The notes under the pieces: generated by a model
Told to the model about the DNA's origin: nothing
The model's input: only the letters and a program-made list of their open reading frames with translations
The model's database searches: none
Assembly (NCBI GenBank): GCA_944350115.1
Contig: CALVNZ010000004.1
Location: 2,116 to 66,115, forward strand
Direction of reading: 5' to 3'
From: an uncultured Clostridia bacterium
GTDB taxonomy: Bacteria; Bacillota; Clostridia; Christensenellales; UBA1242
Length of the DNA stretch: 64,000 bases
Translations under genes and position numbers: made by a program
In this document: positions 1 through 7,910 of the stretch, one piece after another
Layout of the letters: the number at the start of each line of letters is the position of its first letter
How positions within the stretch are numbered: the stretch's first letter is position 1

Positions 1-515
1 TCTAATAGTTCAACTAGAAATGAAATTTTAATGTTGTCACCTGAATTTTTGTTTGTAAACGTGTCAGAAACGATAATATCTTCAACAACCAAAGCAAATT
101 CGTTAAATCCTATTGTTCCATTCGAAGATGCTCCACAATAGTAATAATATCCATCGCTTTCTTCATAAATCCAATCAGTGTTTATTGTCAGTTGAACCAA
201 GTCGCTTTCAACATCGTTAAGTTTAACGGTTGGTTTAAAACGGGCGTACGCCACAACGCCTTCGTTCTTGACAAACAGCCCACCTTCTGGCGAAATACTT
301 TGCCCTGGGGCGACATAAGTTGGAAAATCCAGTTGTGAAACTTCCGACTGGTTTTCATCTGTCCATACAGCATTTATTGCTTCAACACTAATTGTTGTGT
401 TTAACGAAACCTGCTGACTTAGCGCAGCAAAAACGCATACGGCACTGACAACAATTGAAAGTGTCAAAACAATTGTTAACAACGAAACCAGCAAATATCT
501 TTTTTTCACTCGCAT
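1..515 (-). CDS. TasA/camelysin-like secreted protein with SipW-type signal peptide (3' end runs off window)
   Basis: Absent from the ORF track because it is open to the window edge. ATG at 515 (minus) reads MRVKKRYLLVSLLTIVLTLSIVVSAVCVFAALSQQVSLNTT...DGYYYYCGASS... with no stop down to nt 1. It has a basic n-region, a hydrophobic core and a VFA|ALSQ motif like the neighbouring small ORFs. Confidence 0.6.
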   Translation of the reverse strand, partial: MRVKKRYLLVSLLTIVLTLSIVVSAVCVFAALSQQVSLNTTISVEAINAVWTDENQSEVSQLDFPTYVAPGQSISPEGGLFVKNEGVVAYARFKPTVKLNDVESDLVQLTINTDWIYEESDGYYYYCGASSNGTIGFNEFALVVEDIIVSDTFTNKNSGDNIKISFLVELL

Positions 516-521
516 ATTCTC

Positions 522-1106
522 CTAAACTTTTTGAATCAGTTCAAGCCAAGATTCAGGCGCATTGTCTTCCCATGGATGGTTAGCATAATCAATGGCGGAC
601 ATTTGCAAAACATCAACTTCAACCACAAAATCCATATAGACATTATCATAAGTTCCATCTGGATCTTCTCCACAAACAATCCCATTAATAAAAGTCAAAC
701 TGGTCATGTCTTTAATCGAAGCATTATAATAGAAACACAAATCAAATCCATCGCTCGTCCAGTTTACAGACCCATTTAAATCATATTGAATATTGTTTGG
801 AACGCTAATTAATCTTTCAAAATTATCAAAATATCTTGTTGCAATTTTCACCCTTAAAACGGCATCAACATTTGCCGAAAGATTGATTGTTATCGGGCAT
901 GAAATTGTCTCCCCTGTGGTAAATTTAATTTTTTCATCTAACGAAGGATTTTCAACTGAAACAACTTCGACAGTCCCAACTTGTGTGTTTACGCTAAGGT
1001 CTTTTTGATTTTGCAAAACAGCATAAGCAATTAAAGACGCTGATGCGATTAAAAACACGCAACAAACAACTGCAAGAACAACAATTCTTATTTTTCGACT
1101 GCTCAT
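522..1106 (-). CDS. TasA/camelysin-like secreted protein (SipW-type signal peptide)
   Basis: 194 aa. N-terminus is MSSRKIRIVVLAVVCCVFLIASASLIAYA|VLQNQ. Its ATG overlaps the TGA of the upstream 1486-aa gene (ATGA), which suggests translational coupling. Confidence 0.6.
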   Translation of the reverse strand: MSSRKIRIVVLAVVCCVFLIASASLIAYAVLQNQKDLSVNTQVGTVEVVSVENPSLDEKIKFTTGETISCPITINLSANVDAVLRVKIATRYFDNFERLISVPNNIQYDLNGSVNWTSDGFDLCFYYNASIKDMTSLTFINGIVCGEDPDGTYDNVYMDFVVEVDVLQMSAIDYANHPWEDNAPESWLELIQKV

Positions 1107-4100
1107 GCCTCGCCTCCTTCAAAGAAGAAAACACTAGTTATTATTGGATCCCAAGAATTATACCCCTTAGGAGCAAATGAAATCCTAAGTTCAGTGTAAT
1201 AATCAACTGGCACAACGCCACTGATATATGTTTGATACCAATATAAGTTATTCTCATCCAAAGTTTGTTCAATTTTGAGGTTATCAATAATTTCCCAAGT
1301 ATTTTCTTTTGTTAAACCTTCAATTACGATTGGCAAATCGAATGGCTGATAATTTAAATCCACATAAGAGTAAATGTCTGTGTAGTTATAAATTAATAAA
1401 CCAAATCTATTTGAGACCATATCATATGCTATATAAGTCAATTCTACGTAATCTTTATTTTGACATATCCCACTAATATCGACTTCATCAAAATAATAAT
1501 TGTAATTTTTAAAATAATCATAATTTCCTGATTCAATAACGTCAACTAAATTCAACCGCCCGTCAATATTTGAACCATGTTTAATCATAGAAAAATCAGT
1601 TAAATCATCTTTAAACACAATTTTATCTTTATATTCTTCCCAAGCCAGTCCTTCCGTGTCTACATATTCCATATTAAAAATAATTTTAGGCGATTGTGTG
1701 ATATAATCAACACCTTCAATAAGTGATTTAAAATACCAAAAAGCTTTTGTAAAAGTTCCATCTGGTCTAATCAACCAAAGCCCTTGCATATCTTCATTTC
1801 TTGGTCTGTCGTGAAGTGGTTGTCCATCAGTTCCATAAGACAAATTAACATTGCTGTAAACTCCCCAGTAAACGAGTTTGTAAACTCCCCATTCAACAGC
1901 ACTGTTAACTTCATGTTGCACTTTTGAGTAGAATTGAGCATCTGTGTTTTCATCATAACCAAATTCTGTGACCATAACATTTTTCTTGCCCACAAAATCA
2001 GGGTTTAATGGATGATTGTCAGGATCTGTATAACACAAATTATTTTGAGCCGCCAAATAAAGTGTGTCAAGCAACTCTTCTAGTGCAAAAGTATAATTAC
2101 CGTCACCATCTTGCAAATAAGAATACCAATCAGAAAAGCTGTATATATCACAATATGTGTAAGGAACTGCGACATCAACAAGTCTCCACCTATTAGGAAC
2201 ATAAGGAATATCTTGCCCAATATGGCAAACTTCAAAATTGCCATAAACCTTTGAAGTAGAATCAACCAAAACTCTTGCGCGTCCTTCAATAATTCCATCT
2301 TGACGAGCATTTATGTAACCAACATAAGCATCCGTTAAAAGTTGTCTTTGTTCATCGGTTGTGCACATATCAAAGTTAGCGCCATATGCGTTGTCCCCTT
2401 CCCAATTTGACAAGATGAAAATCTTTTCATCATCTTTATAGGTGTTAAGTAAATATTCTGTTAAATCAGCATATTCTTGTCTTACATACTCATAATAAAT
2501 TTCCAAATCATCAAGAGTGTAAGCACTTGTTATAACTCTTTCCCAAGGGCAATAAACAAATTCATAAGCAACCAAAATAAAGGTTTTAAGGTTTTCCATA
2601 GCAAACAACTCTTGGAAAGTTTGAGTTTTAGCTAGATCTGTCATGCTGTTGATGTTTGTGTTGCCCCAGTCAGCGTTATATGGATACATCGCTTGATAGT
2701 TGTTTGCAAACGAAACTTTATAAACCGTAGAGCCCATATCATTTGCAACAAAATTAGCGCCTTCACTCACATAATTTAACTCTGTAAAATTGTAAAGTCC
2801 TCCCCAGTTAGTCGCACCAATAACATCTTTTAATTCATAGCCATAAGGCGACACTGGAATCTGTTCTTCGCTTAACTCGTCAAATTCCAAACTTGAAACG
2901 ACCTCGCTGACACCAACATAGACATTTTCTCCATTTATGTTAACAACTGGATCAACATTGTATGTTGATTCAATCGTATTTTCTACAAAACTATTTGTGT
3001 TGTCATGTAAAAGATAATCATTTGTGTTTGAGATCACAAATTCAAGTTTGATTGATTCGTCTTCTCTCCCGATTTCAAAGCTTTTTTCAGAAAGCAATGA
3101 CCCTTTAAAATAAACTGTTGCTTCGTAATAAGTTGGAAGAGCAAAAGTGAAATTATAAACACCATACTCTGGCAAATTTATTATGTAAGATTGGTTATTG
3201 AAATAAGCTCCATTAATCAACGCTCCACCACTTGATTTCATTGCAAAGAAAAGCCCCGAAGTTAGTTCTGTTTTGTACTGCGTGTTATTTAAAAATTTAA
3301 CAGAAATTTCAAGTGTGCAATTGAAGATCTTTTCATATTGAGCATACAAAACAAGCCTATTCGTTGAAATGCTTTCAAAATTTGTATATTTTTCTCCACC
3401 AACTTGCGCAGTGTACCAGCCCAAAAATGTATAGTTTGCAAGTTCTGGATCAGCTGGCGGAGTCACCGCACTTCCAAGTGTGATTTCTTCGTCTTGAATG
3501 ACTTTTCCATCTTTGCCAACAAAGGCGACATATGCATTAGAATTTGAAATAAAACAGCAATAAATGCTCACGTCATTTGTTGGCATAACAAATGTTGCAA
3601 TCTCTTGCGTAAAATCGCCATCTGCTTTTGCAGGGTCATCAAATTTCCAACAAGCAAAAGTATATCCATCACTCACATCAGAAAACGACAATGAAACTTC
3701 GTCACCAGCATAATATTGTCCACCACCTACGACCGTTGCTGTCGCATCAGGAGAAACAAAAACATTCACATTGTAAGCTTTTTTTACAAAATCAACATAT
3801 ATAGTCACATTTTCTCTCTGCATAACATAATTCACTGTTTCTGTCGTGCCTAAAATAGTTCCGTCAGCAAGATAGATTTTATCTAATTGATAACCTGCAT
3901 TTGCAACAGCGGTTAAAGTTACGGTTTGCCCCACTGTGTAATAATCATAAGCGCCAGTAACTGAACCATAATCATTGTTATTTACAACAATTTTTAAAAA
4001 GTAAGTTTCATATGTAAACACAGCTTGAAGACTCACATCATTGTCAGGCATTGAAAAAGAATAGGTTAAATCTGTTGACACAACCGTGCTAGTTTCTGTG

Positions 4101-5563
4101 TTGGTCCAACCAACAAATCGGTAACCAAGATTGACATTTGAAACGACGGCGCTAATGCTTGTTCCGTAAGCGACATCTTCATCTTTTAAACTAACCGTTC
4201 CCGCCAAATTATAAGAAGATGTGATCGTCAAATGATGAATGTTGACATCATAAACCACATACAAGTTCATGTCTGAAACAATGTTCGTTACTGCCCCTGT
4301 ATATTTTGTGCCTTGTCCAAAAGAAGCGGTTGAAAAAGAATTGTTATAAGTATGCCCCTCTTTTGCAGGCACCGAAACACTTGAAAAATCAACAGAATAC
4401 TCAGGATATCTCACGCTTGTTGAATAAAGTTGCGTCAAGCCATCTTCTGTGTAAAAGTTTACAGCAAAATTTTCATAAAACACGCGTAGTTGTGGATAAC
4501 CATTGTTGTAAAAAGCACTGCCTGTGTCAGAAACAAAGCCCCAAGTTCTTGGGAAAGCGTTTGAAGTGTTCCACTCCCAAGACGAAAGTGGCGATGCAGT
4601 AGAATTTTTCAAAGACGCAGAATCCAAAACCACTGAATTTTCAACGGTTGAATTTACAGAAGTCCCACCTTCGCTGGTGTCTTCTTGATAAAAAAGCCCA
4701 CCAGTATCCTTTCCTTCCTGAAAGCAAACCCCTTGAAGAGAAACACAATTTCTAATTTTTCCACCATTAGGCCACGCGGCGATCCCGCTTACTTTGAGTT
4801 GCCCATTTTTTGCAGATATCGTACCGACGTTATAACAATTTTCAATTATTCCAGAATCAATTTGTTGACAAATGCCCCCAACTTGATTTGCTCCTAATGT
4901 TGCCCAAACGTTGTTTCCAGTCACAGAAACATTCACATAACAATTTTGAATAATCCCTTCAGAAATCCATTTTACTAAACCTGCGGCCCTGATATCACGG
5001 CCTAATCCTGATGGAGATACGGATATTGATCCTTGTGCAAAACAACCTGATACAGTCCCATGACAATCATTAGCTAATGTTGCAAAATGAAAATTGTTTC
5101 TGCCACTGCCACTTATATTTACATTTGTGAAACCTAAATTTTTTATAACAGAACCAGTTTCCAATATATCAAAAAAACTAAATCTGGTTCGTGAAGAATT
5201 CGTAAGTCCATTAATCGTATAACCTTGACCATCATAAGTCCCACTAAATGAAGAAATTGGCACCCACTCATTTCCTGAAATGTCAATATTAGCTGTTTGA
5301 ATATAATAAGCCGATTGATAATTTCCAACATTATTGTTGCATTGAACAGCCATGTATGCAAGTTTTTGTGCACTGTCAATGACATAAGGGTTCCCTTGCG
5401 AGCCATCTCCTTGTGTTATTGCAGAAGTATTTGAAGACCAGTCAGCATAAACAGTTTGTGAAGAAAAAGTTGTTGTTAAAAACAAAATGATAGGAGAAAT
5501 AATGACAAAAGCAAGCGCAAACAAACTAAACATTTTGTTTTTGCTTTTTTTAGCTTTCATCAT
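1103..5563 (-). CDS. Large modular secreted surface protein: beta-helix/GLUG-like region, InlB-B/Listeria-Bacteroides-type repeats, GH clan-A-like TIM-barrel domain, C-terminal beta-sandwich
   Basis: 1486 aa. Signal peptide ends TVYA|DWSS. GNPYVI...DISGNEWVPISSFSGTYDGQGYTINGL is followed by repeated xNCYxxG motifs. Repeat motifs GYRFVGWT, GYTFACWK and YTFLGWYT are present. SNWEGD (E about 1055) and VMVTEFGY (E about 1200) resemble a retaining-glycosidase acid/base and nucleophile pair. GGAGGA RBS precedes the ATG. Confidence 0.7.
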   Translation of the reverse strand: MMKAKKSKNKMFSLFALAFVIISPIILFLTTTFSSQTVYADWSSNTSAITQGDGSQGNPYVIDSAQKLAYMAVQCNNNVGNYQSAYYIQTANIDISGNEWVPISSFSGTYDGQGYTINGLTNSSRTRFSFFDILETGSVIKNLGFTNVNISGSGRNNFHFATLANDCHGTVSGCFAQGSISVSPSGLGRDIRAAGLVKWISEGIIQNCYVNVSVTGNNVWATLGANQVGGICQQIDSGIIENCYNVGTISAKNGQLKVSGIAAWPNGGKIRNCVSLQGVCFQEGKDTGGLFYQEDTSEGGTSVNSTVENSVVLDSASLKNSTASPLSSWEWNTSNAFPRTWGFVSDTGSAFYNNGYPQLRVFYENFAVNFYTEDGLTQLYSTSVRYPEYSVDFSSVSVPAKEGHTYNNSFSTASFGQGTKYTGAVTNIVSDMNLYVVYDVNIHHLTITSSYNLAGTVSLKDEDVAYGTSISAVVSNVNLGYRFVGWTNTETSTVVSTDLTYSFSMPDNDVSLQAVFTYETYFLKIVVNNNDYGSVTGAYDYYTVGQTVTLTAVANAGYQLDKIYLADGTILGTTETVNYVMQRENVTIYVDFVKKAYNVNVFVSPDATATVVGGGQYYAGDEVSLSFSDVSDGYTFACWKFDDPAKADGDFTQEIATFVMPTNDVSIYCCFISNSNAYVAFVGKDGKVIQDEEITLGSAVTPPADPELANYTFLGWYTAQVGGEKYTNFESISTNRLVLYAQYEKIFNCTLEISVKFLNNTQYKTELTSGLFFAMKSSGGALINGAYFNNQSYIINLPEYGVYNFTFALPTYYEATVYFKGSLLSEKSFEIGREDESIKLEFVISNTNDYLLHDNTNSFVENTIESTYNVDPVVNINGENVYVGVSEVVSSLEFDELSEEQIPVSPYGYELKDVIGATNWGGLYNFTELNYVSEGANFVANDMGSTVYKVSFANNYQAMYPYNADWGNTNINSMTDLAKTQTFQELFAMENLKTFILVAYEFVYCPWERVITSAYTLDDLEIYYEYVRQEYADLTEYLLNTYKDDEKIFILSNWEGDNAYGANFDMCTTDEQRQLLTDAYVGYINARQDGIIEGRARVLVDSTSKVYGNFEVCHIGQDIPYVPNRWRLVDVAVPYTYCDIYSFSDWYSYLQDGDGNYTFALEELLDTLYLAAQNNLCYTDPDNHPLNPDFVGKKNVMVTEFGYDENTDAQFYSKVQHEVNSAVEWGVYKLVYWGVYSNVNLSYGTDGQPLHDRPRNEDMQGLWLIRPDGTFTKAFWYFKSLIEGVDYITQSPKIIFNMEYVDTEGLAWEEYKDKIVFKDDLTDFSMIKHGSNIDGRLNLVDVIESGNYDYFKNYNYYFDEVDISGICQNKDYVELTYIAYDMVSNRFGLLIYNYTDIYSYVDLNYQPFDLPIVIEGLTKENTWEIIDNLKIEQTLDENNLYWYQTYISGVVPVDYYTELRISFAPKGYNSWDPIITSVFFFEGGEA

Positions 5564-5596
5564 GTTCCTCCTTTTAATTTTTTTCTTTTGTTATTT

Positions 5597-6211
5597 TTAA
5601 TCGACAACTTGATCAATTAGGATACTAGCAGAAAATTGTTGCATTTCCATGGCACTTAAATTTACTAAATCGACACCAGACGCAACTATTAAATAAAAAT
5701 CTTTGTTGCCAGTTGCACTTAATTCAACTTGACTTGCCAATTCTGTATTATTTCCAAGTGTTGTCAAATTTTCTAAACTTTCACCATAAAGAAGCTTTAA
5801 TTGTGAATTGTTTATTGCCGTTGCTGAAATATGTGCATATGCAGTTTTGTCGGAAATATTATTGAAAGACATTTTAAAAGCATAAAAATTTGTATTTCCG
5901 TCACTCCTAAAAATAATATCCGTCAAATTTCCAGAAATATCATTTTCATCAGCGGTTTTTGTCACAACAGCATCAGCTGGAAAATTTATTGGACTTGACA
6001 CTACATCAACAGCATTAGTTCCAGCATTTGCATACTCAAAAACTTTAACTTCAACTTGTGTTTGCCCACTACTTGAAATGGTTATATTGTTGTCAATAGA
6101 AAGTGATTGTGTCAACGCCGCATAAACGGAAACACCGACAAGCAAAAAGCATATTGTCAAAGCAACTATTAAACCAACAAATTTAATTTTTATGCTTTTT
6201 TTATTTGCCAT
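5597..6211 (-). CDS. Small secreted protein with SipW-type signal peptide (paralogue of 6415..7029)
   Basis: 204 aa. MANKKSIKIKFVGLIVALTICFLLVGVSVYA|ALTQSLSIDNN. Shares AYAHISA, FYxIVA and ILIDQ-type blocks with the divergent ORF at 6415. It is the first gene of the minus-strand operon. AAGGGA RBS. Confidence 0.7.
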   Translation of the reverse strand: MANKKSIKIKFVGLIVALTICFLLVGVSVYAALTQSLSIDNNITISSSGQTQVEVKVFEYANAGTNAVDVVSSPINFPADAVVTKTADENDISGNLTDIIFRSDGNTNFYAFKMSFNNISDKTAYAHISATAINNSQLKLLYGESLENLTTLGNNTELASQVELSATGNKDFYLIVASGVDLVNLSAMEMQQFSASILIDQVVD

Positions 6212-6255
6212 AAAATCCCTTTTTATAATGTGTGAAAAAATAGATATTTTTAATC

Positions 6256-6285
6256 TTGTATATTATCTATTATTTTGTATATTAT
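6256..6285. repeat. Two direct copies of TTGTATATTAT (6256-6266, 6275-6285) in the divergent promoter region
   Basis: Exact 11-mer repeated 19 nt apart. On the minus strand each copy reads ATAATATACAA and overlaps or abuts the -10 of the operon promoter. Confidence 0.5.
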
Positions 6286-6310
6286 AGAAAATAAAGTCGA
6301 ACATTGTCAA
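6281..6310 (-). promoter_or_regulatory. Sigma-A-type promoter for the minus-strand TasA-like/large-protein operon
   Basis: Minus strand reads TTGACA, an 18-nt spacer, then TATAAT. It lies about 70 nt upstream of the ATG at 6211. Confidence 0.55.
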
Positions 6311-6364
6311 CTTTTTAAATATAAGAAAAAACTTATAAAAAAAATAAAATATTTTGCAAAATAT

Positions 6365-6393
6365 TTGGAAAAATAAAATTAATATGTTATTCT
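6365..6393 (+). promoter_or_regulatory. Candidate extended -10 promoter for 6415..7029 and sipW
   Basis: TTGGAA, a 17-nt spacer, then TGtTATTCT, followed by an AAGGAG RBS and the ATG at 6415. Confidence 0.35.
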
Positions 6394-6414
6394 TTGTTAG
6401 AAAAAGGAGAAAAA

Positions 6415-7029
6415 ATGGAATCAAAAAAATCAACAAAAATAAAAATCATTTCACTTGTTGCTAGTTTAGTCATTTGCTTTTTACTGATTGGCGTGTCAGT
6501 TTATGCTGCTTTAACCCAAACAGTAACCATCAACAACAATATTAACATCACAACAGGCGGGCAAACCGAAGTAGCTGTAAAAGTTTCGGAATACATAAAT
6601 GCAGGCACAACAGCCATTACCGCCTCACCTGCATCAATTACAGGTTGGACAGAAAAAGTTACAAAGAGTGCAACAGAACAAACAAAAGAAGGCTCTGTTA
6701 CACCAATTGACTTTAACCTCACAACAGGCAAAAACTATTATGCTTACAAATTTGAATTCACAAACAGTTCAACAGTTAAAGCTTATGCACATATAAGTGC
6801 GTCTGCTGTTGGCAACACACAATTGACAATTTATTATGGAGAAACATTATCTGCATCAATGTCAAGCCTTGAAAACAACATAGCACTTGACGCAGACGTT
6901 GATTTAGATGCCACAGGTGGAACTGGCGAATTTTACATCATTGTTGCAGCAAACAAAGCTTTGGAAAATTTAACTGCTGTTGCAGAAATTCCTTTTAATA
7001 TCAGCATAACAATTGATCAAAACGTTTAA
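6415..7029 (+). CDS. Small secreted protein with SipW-type signal peptide (paralogue of 5597..6211)
   Basis: The ORF track starts at a TTG at 6394. The AAGGAG RBS 6 nt before the ATG at 6415 gives 204 aa: MESKKSTKIKIISLVASLVICFLLIGVSVYA|ALTQTVTINNN. It has the same length and block structure as 5597..6211. Confidence 0.7.
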   Translation: MESKKSTKIKIISLVASLVICFLLIGVSVYAALTQTVTINNNINITTGGQTEVAVKVSEYINAGTTAITASPASITGWTEKVTKSATEQTKEGSVTPIDFNLTTGKNYYAYKFEFTNSSTVKAYAHISASAVGNTQLTIYYGETLSASMSSLENNIALDADVDLDATGGTGEFYIIVAANKALENLTAVAEIPFNISITIDQNV

Positions 7030-7070
7030 TAGTTTTCAAAAAAGCTTTTTTATGAGGTGTTAGCTTTAAC

Positions 7071-7092
7071 GCTTATTAAATAAGCTTTTTTC
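7071..7092 (+). terminator. Weak intrinsic terminator/attenuator between the structural gene and sipW
   Basis: Hairpin GCTTATT-aa-AATAAGC followed by TTTTTT. The stem is AT-rich, so termination is probably partial. Confidence 0.35.
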
Positions 7093-7117
7093 TTTGCAAA
7101 ATAAATAATTAACGAAA

Positions 7118-7879
7118 ATGGATGAGAAAAAACAAACAAAATCAAAAAAAATAGCAAAAGTTTTAGATATAGTGTTCAACATAATTTTTGTTCCACTAAT
7201 ACTTTTTACGTCCATTTTTACGTTTTCAGTGATTTTTTCTAGAATTCGAACAGGTTATCCATCAATTTTTGGTTACACACAAATTCAAATAGTTTCTGGT
7301 TCAATGCAAGATGCGGGCTTTAACATTGGCGACAAATGTTTTGTCAAATCAACTGACACAAATGATTTGAAAATTGGAGATTATATTGCCTTCTTCCAAT
7401 ATGCCGATCCAAACTGCTCATCGCCTGCACAAGTGACCAATGAAAACATCCCCGCTTCAAGTGCAAAAACATCAAAAATTGTTTTCCATGAAATAGTTGA
7501 CATAGTGACAGATTCCAATGGCAACAAATGGTTTACAACCCAAGGAACAAATAATGCTGGTCCTGATTCAATTGAAATTTATCAAGATTATGTGATAGGA
7601 CGATATGTTGATGAACCAAACTTCTGGACAAAAACAATAAGCTTTGTGTCTTCTTCGATAGGAATTATTGTCATGATTGTGGTGCCATGTGCAGTGATAA
7701 TAGGAATCGACACTTATCAACTTATCGTTTTAGGTTTTGAAAGCGCAGAATCAAAAAAACAAGCAAAAAAACAAGCACGACAAAAAGTTATTGAAGAAGA
7801 GGAACAAGAGGAGTTAAACCGAAACTTAAAAGAAAAACCTTTGACAAAAATCGAAAACGATGACAGCCAATTTGATTAA
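7118..7879 (+). CDS. sipW: Signal peptidase I, ER/archaeal (SipW) type
   Basis: 253 aa with an N-terminal TM. Motifs seen: SGSM (catalytic Ser), FHEIV (His) and TQGTNNAGPD (the GDNN..D motif). A C-terminal TM plus a K/E-rich tail is typical of SipW-like S26B enzymes. Confidence 0.8.
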   Translation: MDEKKQTKSKKIAKVLDIVFNIIFVPLILFTSIFTFSVIFSRIRTGYPSIFGYTQIQIVSGSMQDAGFNIGDKCFVKSTDTNDLKIGDYIAFFQYADPNCSSPAQVTNENIPASSAKTSKIVFHEIVDIVTDSNGNKWFTTQGTNNAGPDSIEIYQDYVIGRYVDEPNFWTKTISFVSSSIGIIVMIVVPCAVIIGIDTYQLIVLGFESAESKKQAKKQARQKVIEEEEQEELNRNLKEKPLTKIENDDSQFD

Positions 7880-7881
7880 AA

Positions 7882-7910
7882 AAACGCTCAAAAATTGAGC
7901 GTTTTTATTT
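7882..7910. terminator. Bidirectional intrinsic terminator
   Basis: 10-bp stem AAACGCTCAA / TTGAGCGTTT flanked by an A-run and a T-run. It sits between the convergent sipW and ABC exporter genes. Confidence 0.7.

Noticed and set aside
531-5406. Numerous 60-100-aa ORFs in the track that lie inside or antisense to the large genes (e.g. 531..779+, 793..1008+, 1771..1995-, 2008..2196+, 4306..4602+, 5143..5406-). Similar shadow ORFs occur throughout the window (7932..8375+, 11198..11503+, 40691..41047+, etc.).
   Set aside because: They overlap long ORFs that have clear family signatures. Their composition is low-complexity (F/L/I/K/N/S-rich), as expected from alternate frames of AT-rich coding DNA. 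They have no RBS.
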